Virus record (IMG/VR): IMGVR_UViG_2061766007_001878
Length of the DNA stretch: 64,000 bases
Reading direction: 5' to 3' (one strand)
Origin: an uncultured virus (IMG/VR IMGVR_UViG_2061766007_001878)
Lineage: Duplodnaviria; Heunggongvirae; Uroviricota; Caudoviricetes
The notes beneath the pieces were generated by a model. It searched no databases and was not told where the DNA came from. It worked only from the letters and a program-made list of their open reading frames with translations. Made by a program: the position numbers and the translations under genes. Positions within the stretch are counted from its first letter, which is position 1, and the number at the start of each line of letters is the position of its first letter. Of this stretch, positions 52,542-60,076 are shown piece by piece.

Positions 52542-52577
52542 CTTCCAGTTATAGTATAAAATAACTATAACTGGAGG
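52542..52577 (+). promoter_or_regulatory. Hairpin sequestering the endonuclease RBS
   Basis: TCCAGTTATAGT (52544-52555) pairs perfectly with ACTATAACTGGA (52564-52575); RBS GGAGG at 52573-52577. Confidence 0.75.
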
Positions 52578-52584
52578 AATAGCA

Positions 52585-53937
52585 ATGATTTTTTACTTTT
52601 ATAAAATAACAAATCAAATCAACGGAAAGTATTACTTTGGTGTACATAGTACAAACAATATAAATGATGGCTACATGGGAAGTGGAGTCGCATTGAAACG
52701 AGCATATAAAAAGTATGGGATTGGAAATTTTATCAAGGAAATTTTGTATTATTTTGACAATGCAGAAGAAATGTATGCGTTTGAAGAACAATATGTGAAT
52801 GATGAACTTGTAAATGATTCTCAATGCTATAACATGGTAATTGGTGGTAGAAGTAAAAATACATCGATGCATTTGGGAAAATTGGCAAGTATTGCTTCTT
52901 CAAGAGAAGATGTAATTGCCAAAAGAAAAGAAAGCATTTATTTGTATTGGCATACAGGTGATGTAGAGGAGAAAAGGAGAAAGCAATCCGAAGGGAATAA
53001 ACGATATTGGACTACTGGTGATGTTGAAGCAAAAAAGCAACATCACTCAGAAGTTCAAAAAAGAAGTTATCAAGAACATCCTGAACGAAGAGAACGGATA
53101 CTTGCAAGATTAAAAGAAAGATATTCTGGTGAAGAAGGTGTGAAAACTCGTCGCAAGATAAGTGAATCACTTCGGAATAGTGAAGCTCATAAAGAAGCAA
53201 TAATAAAATTAAAGGAAACTGCAAAAAGAGGAAAAGAAACAGCGGAATTCATTGTTCATTGGAAATCATTGTATGACCAAGATTCAGAAGAAATCTGTGA
53301 ATTACTGAAACATTCCAATTTGCCAGAACGTTTTATTGTTGAAAAGCTTTATGGAAAGAAAGTTCATTTAGACCGATTGCTTTCTTATTATCATGATGTC
53401 GGATTGTTGCCAGATGCCATTGATTCTGAAATCAAAACAAGATTTTTGAGATTGGATGATACAAATGGAAAAGGTCATAAAGACGGTACAAGTTTGAAAA
53501 CTTTTTATACGAATGAATTGAAATACGATGTTTCTTTTTATTATGATGATTTTTTCAATCAATTTGAAATAATAAAGAAATTTATGCTTGATGATTCTAT
53601 ATCAGATAGTATGATTTTCAATAATGATGAGAACAGTAAACTCGTTCCAAATTTCAAACAAGTTGTTGAATATTTTCAGGATTTAGGAATTGTTTCCAAT
53701 GTGCATGTCATATTAATACGAACACCAAAGACGGTACAAGGCAAGCATTTTACAGTGCCTGCCAAAAAAACCAAGTTTGATATTGATTACAAAGGTGTAA
53801 ACAAAAAAATTCTAATTGACAAGGAGATGAATGAGTATGGAATTGATGACAATGGAAAAGCTTTTCGAAAAGGCAGGTTTGAACTGGAAATTAATGGAAC
53901 AAAACGTTCCATACGATGTCAGTGGCAAAAACATTAA
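52585..53937 (+). CDS. GIY-YIG homing endonuclease (Seg-like)
   Basis: YFYKITNQINGKYYFG, YMGSG, KKYG..NF.KEIL, conserved E and CYN; helical repeats YWxTGDVE; AT-rich relative to recA. Confidence 0.88.
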   Translation: MIFYFYKITNQINGKYYFGVHSTNNINDGYMGSGVALKRAYKKYGIGNFIKEILYYFDNAEEMYAFEEQYVNDELVNDSQCYNMVIGGRSKNTSMHLGKLASIASSREDVIAKRKESIYLYWHTGDVEEKRRKQSEGNKRYWTTGDVEAKKQHHSEVQKRSYQEHPERRERILARLKERYSGEEGVKTRRKISESLRNSEAHKEAIIKLKETAKRGKETAEFIVHWKSLYDQDSEEICELLKHSNLPERFIVEKLYGKKVHLDRLLSYYHDVGLLPDAIDSEIKTRFLRLDDTNGKGHKDGTSLKTFYTNELKYDVSFYYDDFFNQFEIIKKFMLDDSISDSMIFNNDENSKLVPNFKQVVEYFQDLGIVSNVHVILIRTPKTVQGKHFTVPAKKTKFDIDYKGVNKKILIDKEMNEYGIDDNGKAFRKGRFELEINGTKRSIRCQWQKH

Positions 53938-54760
53938 GATTAAAAGTTTCAATCATCAGACAAATCAGAATGAAATGAAACGAATTTTGAACCTTGTTTA
54001 TAAAGGTGATTATCCTATTTATAATCTTGTTGATAAACAGGGAGATATATTGCTGAAATGCTCTGGTGCTCATAGAATTTGGGATAATGCTACGGCACAA
54101 TATTATCATGTCCAAGATATTGAAGGCGGTACGGCTTTGACAAAGGCTGGTGAAAATGTTGAATTTTTTGTAAAACAAACAAAAGAAACTCATCCGATTG
54201 TCGATATGGAAGTGGAAGGAAACTCCAATTATTTTACAAACGGAATTCTTTCGCATAACACTACAACTGGTGGTAAGGCATTGGAATACTACGCTTCTGT
54301 CAGAATCCGCGTTTCCCAGTGCGGGAAGGTGGAAGACACGGTTGACGGCGAGAAGGTCATCACGGCTATTCAGACGCGCCTGACCACGAGCAAGAACAAG
54401 ACGTTTGCGCCGTTCAAGACTTGCGAAATCGTCATTCGCTTCGGTGAAGGCATCGACAACGACGCTGGCATCCTCGACCTCGCATTCCAATACGGAATCA
54501 TCACGAAGGGCGGTGGTGGCAACTACACCATCAACGGCGAGAAAATCAGAGGTCTTCCTGCATTGAAGGAATACCTTGAAAACAATCCAGAGCTGTACGA
54601 GGAAATCAAGCAGAAGACCCGTGACGCGATGGAGAACGACAAGAAGGAGAACGTCGTGACGGAAGAGGAGGCTATCGATGCCGACTCCATGACGGACGAC
54701 GAAATCGCCGAAGCTGCCGAGGCAAGCGACAACGACGATGCCGAGACTGGCGAAGTCTAA
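53831..54760 (+). CDS. recA: C-intein (143 aa) fused to the RecA C-terminal part (166 aa)
   Basis: AAGGAG RBS; block B CSGAHRIW; blocks F/G VDMEVEGNSNYFTNGILSHN ending at 54259; then TTTGGKALEYYASVR and KNKTFAPF. Confidence 0.95.
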   Translation: MSMELMTMEKLFEKAGLNWKLMEQNVPYDVSGKNIKIKSFNHQTNQNEMKRILNLVYKGDYPIYNLVDKQGDILLKCSGAHRIWDNATAQYYHVQDIEGGTALTKAGENVEFFVKQTKETHPIVDMEVEGNSNYFTNGILSHNTTTGGKALEYYASVRIRVSQCGKVEDTVDGEKVITAIQTRLTTSKNKTFAPFKTCEIVIRFGEGIDNDAGILDLAFQYGIITKGGGGNYTINGEKIRGLPALKEYLENNPELYEEIKQKTRDAMENDKKENVVTEEEAIDADSMTDDEIAEAAEASDNDDAETGEV

Positions 54761-54776
54761 TCCGAGTTGAAGGCAG

Positions 54777-54812
54777 AAAGGCAGGAGACCAGAGATGGAA
54801 TCCTGCCTTTTT
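54777..54812 (+). terminator. Intrinsic terminator after recA
   Basis: AAAGGCAGGA/TCCTGCCTTT followed by Ts. Confidence 0.7.
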
Positions 54813-54825
54813 CGTAGAAGGAGAA

Positions 54826-55209
54826 ATGATGTTTATGTTCGCAATACAGGAATTGATACGGACAAGAATATCCAGAATCGCCAATGAGATGAATCAGGAA
54901 TGGCTGAGAAGCAATGTGCGTGAATTGGATGATTCATTTCCGCAATTCGCAGTCATCTCTCTTGAAAAGAAGCATGAACTGGTTATAAAGCACAATGCCA
55001 TTGACATGGACGCAAAGACGTTTGGATATAATCCGCTCGCCCCAGAATGGTTTTTCGTGTTCCACATAATTGGCTCGAAACGCATTTTGAAGAGGAAATG
55101 GTCGAATCACATCATGGACGGAATAGAGTATTTCATGGCGAATCTTTCCCAGCGCGATTCGGAGACTTTGTGGCAATGGTATCTGGAGAATAACGGCGAT
55201 GGAAGATGA
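54826..55209 (+). CDS. Tandem paralog A1
   Basis: C-terminal WSNHIMDGIEY...ETLWQWY. Confidence 0.75.
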   Translation: MMFMFAIQELIRTRISRIANEMNQEWLRSNVRELDDSFPQFAVISLEKKHELVIKHNAIDMDAKTFGYNPLAPEWFFVFHIIGSKRILKRKWSNHIMDGIEYFMANLSQRDSETLWQWYLENNGDGR

Positions 55210-55498
55210 TTTCGAAGAAAAGCTGTTCAGTGATTTTTTCCGTGAGCATCTGCGTCATATAGCCCATATCGAGCTGACGGACGGGGTTCTGAGCATCATA
55301 AAGGATTTGAATGACGGGATGTACTTGTTTCTCTATAAGAAAAACAAATCTGAAACAATAGACGACATGTGGTACAACAATCTTTTTGAAGGCATAGACG
55401 ATTACGTGAATATGCTCGACGAAAAGGACGGCGAGCTAATATGGGAGTGGTATGGTTCTGGACAAGTGGAGGAAAATGATGAGCCTGTCGGAAAGTAA
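55199..55498 (+). CDS. Tandem paralog A2
   Basis: WYNNLFEGIDD...ELIWEWY. Confidence 0.75.
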   Translation: MEDDFEEKLFSDFFREHLRHIAHIELTDGVLSIIKDLNDGMYLFLYKKNKSETIDDMWYNNLFEGIDDYVNMLDEKDGELIWEWYGSGQVEENDEPVGK

Positions 55499-55868
55499 GA
55501 GGAATGAACTTATTGACAAGTTGGCGGACATGTTGAGGGATGACATCATCAAGGAACAGGACAGGTACTTTTCCGATGTGCTGGAAAAGAATTTCTTCGA
55601 GCGGGATTTGTTCTCCATCAAGCTGTCTAGGGAACGCACGCTGTATGTGAAGGTCATCGGCAATGGCGACAACGCGCATTATTCGTTCGACTTGTTCGGC
55701 GACAGGGACGGGTTCCCCATCATGGGCAAGTGGTTCAACGACCTGATGAGCGGAATCGAATACTGCATGAGCGAGCTGGAAGAGGACTGTGAGACCATCT
55801 GGAATGCGTTTCTGGAATATAATGAGAAACATGGAAGGAATCATGCTGACAGTGCCGATGACAATTGA
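55476..55868 (+). CDS. Tandem paralog A3
   Basis: WFNDLMSGIEY...ETIWNAF. Confidence 0.75.
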   Translation: MMSLSESKRNELIDKLADMLRDDIIKEQDRYFSDVLEKNFFERDLFSIKLSRERTLYVKVIGNGDNAHYSFDLFGDRDGFPIMGKWFNDLMSGIEYCMSELEEDCETIWNAFLEYNEKHGRNHADSADDN

Positions 55869-56172
55869 TGACTCCGACCTGCTGATGCTCAAGGTGGAGA
55901 TTGAATATGCGATGCGTGGAATGGAATTGGTTGAACGAAACATCTTTTCATTGTCCAGCAGGCGGTTCAAGGCGAAAATCGGCGTGGTGGACAATGCAGG
56001 CAAGTTCGTGGAGCATCCAGCATACCATTTTGTCTTTTCGGAGAAGAACGAAGAGACTGGTCGGTGGTTTGAAAGGCTCTTCGAGGGCGTGGAATGGATG
56101 ATGCAGAAGGTGGACGGTAGGAATTGCGACAAAATCTTTGAGTGGTATACAAACTATGACGGAAAACATTGA
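55843..56172 (+). CDS. Tandem paralog A4
   Basis: WFERLFEGVEW...DKIFEWY. Confidence 0.75.
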   Translation: MLTVPMTIDDSDLLMLKVEIEYAMRGMELVERNIFSLSSRRFKAKIGVVDNAGKFVEHPAYHFVFSEKNEETGRWFERLFEGVEWMMQKVDGRNCDKIFEWYTNYDGKH

Positions 56173-56989
56173 GAAAGATGAATTTCAGAAAAAGGCGTTT
56201 GAGTTGTGGATGGCGGTGACGATGTTCATATCGACGTACTCCAAGGAGAGCAACGGGATTGTCAGGAACGTCAGCGAGATGCTTCCGTATGCGTCGGATT
56301 TGCAGAATTTCTGGAGCGCGTACCAGAAGGCATCGTCCAACGACCTCATCCGCAAATTGCATACGAAGGTCAGGTCGAGGGTGAAGCTCATGAAGGACAA
56401 GCTTGACGAGTCCATCAGGCTTTGCGGCGACGACCAGAAGCTCCTTGACAAGTATTCCGAAAACCAAGGCTATATCGAACGCAAGCTGAACGAATTGCAC
56501 GACATGATTCCGAGGGAGCCACGCAGGGTGGCGGAGCCAGAGCAGATGACGCTTGACTTCGATGCCGTCCCGTCGTCGTCTTCGAGTGAGGAGTCGTCCA
56601 GCAGTGATGCAGACAACCTGACGGCGAAATCCGAGAAATTCCTGAAACGCCTGAACGAACTGCGGGTGTCGGTGAACGGATTTCTGTCGTCGTATGCCGA
56701 AGCAGACAAGACCAACAGTGTCGTGAGCTACATCGCCGACATGGACGAATCCATCAAAGTGCTGGACAACCTGTGGAGGCGGTATGTGAGGGAGCAGTGG
56801 AACGAGCCAGTGATTGACGAAATCAACGCCTCGATGAAACGGTGCATCGCGTCGCTGAAAAGCCAGTGCGAGATGTCGATGCTGGTGCGTGATTCAAACA
56901 AATGCCATGAACAGTATGCCCAGAACCACGATTACGTCGTGAAGAAGCTGGATGCGCTGGTAAGGGCGTTTCCAAATGGAACGCATTGA
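56156..56989 (+). CDS. Helical protein with two internal repeats joined by a Ser-rich linker
   Basis: YSENQGYIERKLNEL versus YAQNHDYVVKKLDAL; LQNFWSAY versus LDNLWRRY. Confidence 0.75.
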   Translation: MTENIEKDEFQKKAFELWMAVTMFISTYSKESNGIVRNVSEMLPYASDLQNFWSAYQKASSNDLIRKLHTKVRSRVKLMKDKLDESIRLCGDDQKLLDKYSENQGYIERKLNELHDMIPREPRRVAEPEQMTLDFDAVPSSSSSEESSSSDADNLTAKSEKFLKRLNELRVSVNGFLSSYAEADKTNSVVSYIADMDESIKVLDNLWRRYVREQWNEPVIDEINASMKRCIASLKSQCEMSMLVRDSNKCHEQYAQNHDYVVKKLDALVRAFPNGTH

Positions 56990-57887
56990 GATGGAACTTG
57001 ACAGGATTTTTCTTGAAGACGGAATCGAAGGCGTGAAGAATTTGCCGAATGAATCCGTCCATCTCATCGCGAGCGACATACCTTATGGCATTGGTGTGGA
57101 GGAATGGGACGTGTTGCATGACAATACGAATTCGGCGTACATGGGTTCCAGCCCCGCGCAGAAAAAGGCTGGCAAGGTATTCAGCAAACGTGGCAAGCCT
57201 TTGAACGGGTGGTCGGAAGCAGACAGGCAGATTCCGAGGCAATATTACGATTGGTGCATGAAGTGGTCTAATGGATGGCTGGACTGCCTTGTGCCAGGTG
57301 GCAATGTGTTCATATTCGCTGGACGCAGGCTCGCCCACCGTTGCGTTTCCGCGATGGAGGACGCGGGTTTCGTGTTCAAGGACATGCTGGCGTGGGACAA
57401 GACGACCGCGCCATATCGGGCGCAGAGAATCAGTATTGTCTATGACCGTAGGCATGACATTGAATCTTCGCAAAAGTGGGACGGTTGGCGAATCGGCAAT
57501 CTCCGTCCGTTGTTCGAGCCGATACTCTGGTTCATGAAGCCATACCGAATCGGAGGCACGATTGCCGACAACGTGCTTGAACACGGGGTGGGTGCATTCA
57601 ATGAATCTATCCTGTCGAAATACAGCCAGACTTCCGACAATATTTTCCATGTCAAGTCTGGTTCTGGCGACAATGGGCTTCATCCGACGCAGAAACCGCT
57701 TGACTTGATGAAATTGCTGATTGAATTGACGACGGTTGAAGGTCAAATTATCTTAGACCCGTTTGCTGGAAGCGGGACTACGCTTGTCGCTGCGAAGGAA
57801 CTTGGACGACATTACATCGGATTCGAGAATGACGAGCGGTATTTTTCAGTCGCCGATTCCCGTTTGAGTGAAATTAGATTGTTTTGA
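56976..57887 (+). CDS. Orphan beta-class amino-DNA methyltransferase, M.HindIII-like
   Basis: SDIPYG, HPTQKP and LDPFAGSGTT; RGKPLNGWSEAD and NLRPLFEPILWF match my recollection of M.HindIII. Confidence 0.9.
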   Translation: MERIEMELDRIFLEDGIEGVKNLPNESVHLIASDIPYGIGVEEWDVLHDNTNSAYMGSSPAQKKAGKVFSKRGKPLNGWSEADRQIPRQYYDWCMKWSNGWLDCLVPGGNVFIFAGRRLAHRCVSAMEDAGFVFKDMLAWDKTTAPYRAQRISIVYDRRHDIESSQKWDGWRIGNLRPLFEPILWFMKPYRIGGTIADNVLEHGVGAFNESILSKYSQTSDNIFHVKSGSGDNGLHPTQKPLDLMKLLIELTTVEGQIILDPFAGSGTTLVAAKELGRHYIGFENDERYFSVADSRLSEIRLF

Positions 57888-57933
57888 TTTTTATAGATAT
57901 AAGTAAATAACATATACAAGAAATCAATTTCTC

Positions 57934-57971
57934 TTTATGTCCGACGGTATAATAAGCTGTCGGATTTTTTT
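57934..57971 (+). promoter_or_regulatory. Late-promoter motif overlapping a terminator hairpin
   Basis: TTTAT-N8-GTATAAT (57934-57953) within TCCGACGG/CTGTCGGA plus T-tract; close copy of 8513-8551. Confidence 0.65.
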
Positions 57972-58005
57972 GTGTATTTAATCTAAAAACAAGGAGAAAT
58001 TGAAA

Positions 58006-58443
58006 ATGAACAAAAACGTGAAAATCGCGAAGGAATTGGTGAAATTGGCGAAAAGTTTGGTGGCTGATGATGTCCGTGTTGCTGACAAAATTGGAGAAGA
58101 ATATAAAGATTTTACTGGATGGATTAAATATAATGGTGAAAAAGTGTATGTATGTCGTGCTACATTTAAACTTGAATGGTATAAAGAATGGACACGTATA
58201 ATTTGGGAAGATGGTGAATGGTGTGATGGAGTTTGGTGTGATGGCATATGGAAAAATGGCACATGGGATGATGGAAGATGGATTGATGGCATATGGAAAA
58301 ATGGTACATGGAGAAATGGCACATGGGAAGACGGAACATGGGAAGACGGCATATGGCATAGTGGTACGTGGATAGGTGGAACCTGGAAACATGGTAAAAA
58401 TCAATATGGTGAAGAATATTCTAATTCTCCAAAAAATTGGTGA
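58006..58443 (+). CDS. GxWxx repeat protein 3, leader-bearing
   Basis: MNKNVKIAKELVKLAKSLVA; about 13 GxWxx units; ends SPKNW. Confidence 0.85.
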   Translation: MNKNVKIAKELVKLAKSLVADDVRVADKIGEEYKDFTGWIKYNGEKVYVCRATFKLEWYKEWTRIIWEDGEWCDGVWCDGIWKNGTWDDGRWIDGIWKNGTWRNGTWEDGTWEDGIWHSGTWIGGTWKHGKNQYGEEYSNSPKNW

Positions 58444-58480
58444 AAATCTAATATATACAATAAGATATTGAAAAACATAC

Positions 58481-58509
58481 AAAAGCCACGGTTTTCACCG
58501 TGGCTTTTG
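58481..58509. terminator. Bidirectional terminator
   Basis: AAAAGCCACGG-loop-CCGTGGCTTTT between convergent genes. Confidence 0.85.
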
Positions 58510-58521
58510 ATTTATATGGTC

Positions 58522-59199
58522 TTATTTGTCTATTATTTTCCATTTGTTAGGCGAAGCGTCCTTCGGATGCCATCCCTTCTTCTTGTCGTATCCGCCGTTC
58601 CACTGACCGCCGTTCCAAGTGCCTTCGTTCCACTGACCGCTGTTCCATACGACGTTGTTGAATTCGCCGTACCAGTTCAATCCGTCGTTCCAGATGCCGT
58701 TGTGCCAAGTCCCCTGCCAGAATGTCCCGTTGTCCCAGACCCCGTTCTGCCAGATGCCTTTCTCCCACCATCCGTTCAGGTGTATCCCGTTTTCCCATAC
58801 TCCGTTCTTCCATGTCCCGTCCTGCCAGACGGATGGGATTTTATCGTCAGCTTGTTTCCAGATGCCGTAATGCCATGTGCCGTACTTCCATGTACCGCTC
58901 ATCCACAGTCCGTTCTCCCATTCTCCGACCTGCCATTCTCCAGCTTTCCACAAGCCGTCCTTCCAAAGACCGTAAGCCCAGACTCCGTTTTCCCAAGTGC
59001 CGTCCCTCCAGACGATTCGACCGTTTTTCAGCTCGAATATCGCGTTCGTCACGATTCCCTTCGTGCCGTTGTAATCGATGGTTCCAGCCCATCCGTGGTC
59101 TTTCTTCCCGTATTTTCCGTCCTTGTTGGCGACTTCTCCAGCCAGAAGCATCTTAGCGGTCGCCAGCATTTCCTTCGCTATCCTGATGTTTTCGCTCAT
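58522..59199 (-). CDS. GxWxx repeat protein 4, leader-bearing
   Basis: MSENIRIAKEMLATAKMLLA; long GxWxx array; SPNKW near the end; GGAG RBS. Confidence 0.85.
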   Translation of the reverse strand: MSENIRIAKEMLATAKMLLAGEVANKDGKYGKKDHGWAGTIDYNGTKGIVTNAIFELKNGRIVWRDGTWENGVWAYGLWKDGLWKAGEWQVGEWENGLWMSGTWKYGTWHYGIWKQADDKIPSVWQDGTWKNGVWENGIHLNGWWEKGIWQNGVWDNGTFWQGTWHNGIWNDGLNWYGEFNNVVWNSGQWNEGTWNGGQWNGGYDKKKGWHPKDASPNKWKIIDK

Positions 59200-59237
59200 T
59201 GTTAATCTCCAATATAAAGGCAAGCTAATTCCTGCTT

Positions 59238-59256
59238 ATTATACGGAAGATATAAA
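59238..59256 (-). promoter_or_regulatory. Putative late promoter motif
   Basis: Minus strand TTTAT-ATCTTCC-GTATAAT, just downstream of the hairpin TCCGCATGTG/CACATGCGGA. Confidence 0.65.
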
Positions 59257-59309
59257 CAAAAAATCCGCATGTGATAAAACACATGCGGACTTCGGAGGAA
59301 CATCAGGTA

Positions 59310-59534
59310 TCAGTGCCGTTGATTCCACTGTCGTTCAAAGCGGATGTCGGCTATCTTCTTCATAAGCGCGTTCAAAGTAATCGTAATCGGTATGGCGATG
59401 AGAATGGAGCCAATCAGCAACGGAAGTGGTTGCATGATTACCACGGCGTAGATTACCAATGCGCTCCCGCCAATCATGCACAATGACAGCAGGATGAATT
59501 TCCAAAGCGGTATCGTGTATTTTTCGTCGCCCAT
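59310..59534 (-). CDS. Small two-transmembrane protein
   Basis: Two hydrophobic segments; AAGGTGGTG upstream. Confidence 0.65.
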   Translation of the reverse strand: MGDEKYTIPLWKFILLSLCMIGGSALVIYAVVIMQPLPLLIGSILIAIPITITLNALMKKIADIRFERQWNQRH

Positions 59535-59535
59535 T

Positions 59536-59940
59536 TCACCACCTTACCTGAATGATGTGACCTATTTTACCAGTGGTGTACATTTCGTACTCGCCTTCAA
59601 ACATGGAGCCACCGCACTCGAATTTCTGCGCGGAGTATCCGTTGTCATACAATATCTTTGCAAGACCGTTGATGATGGAGTCTGATACACGCTTGGTTGT
59701 CTGACGTTCAAACAGGCCTTTTTTCTGGCTTTCAATTCCTCCAACTAGGATTTCATTGCCTCCGACTGGGGAATAGATGAATGCTTCGACGAATTTCCGA
59801 CCTTTCTTCGATGCTTCGACAATCAAAGATTCGATTTTCGGGATGAGTTGCTCGACGGTCTTCTTGTCGTCGGCAAGACCGCCTTCAGTGATGATACGGG
59901 CTTCTTCTGCTTTAATCATGTCTTTGTTCTCCTTTGACAA
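59536..59940 (-). CDS. Hypothetical protein (start possibly ATG near 59920)
   Basis: ORF behind a TTGACT...TATATT promoter-like sequence at about 60009-59982 (minus strand). Confidence 0.7.
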   Translation of the reverse strand: MSKENKDMIKAEEARIITEGGLADDKKTVEQLIPKIESLIVEASKKGRKFVEAFIYSPVGGNEILVGGIESQKKGLFERQTTKRVSDSIINGLAKILYDNGYSAQKFECGGSMFEGEYEMYTTGKIGHIIQVRW

Positions 59941-60024
59941 TTGTTCAAAACTATGGACGATTTTCTTCCGTCTTGCCTTTTAATATACTACATATTTTGA
60001 AAAAGTCAAATGAAAGGCAATAAA

Positions 60025-60057
60025 AAAGCGTCCTGATTGATTTCAGGACGCTCTTTT
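60025..60057. terminator. Intrinsic terminator
   Basis: AGCGTCCTGA/TCAGGACGCT flanked by A- and T-tracts. Confidence 0.8.
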
Positions 60058-60076
60058 GATTTAATTCAATTCAGGA

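Noticed and set aside
52521..53830. Group I intron as the explanation for the recA interruption
   Set aside because: Only 64 non-coding nt precede the endonuclease, and its ORF overlaps the downstream half, leaving no evident room for a ribozyme core; the downstream half has its own RBS and ATG. Not formally excluded without RT-PCR.
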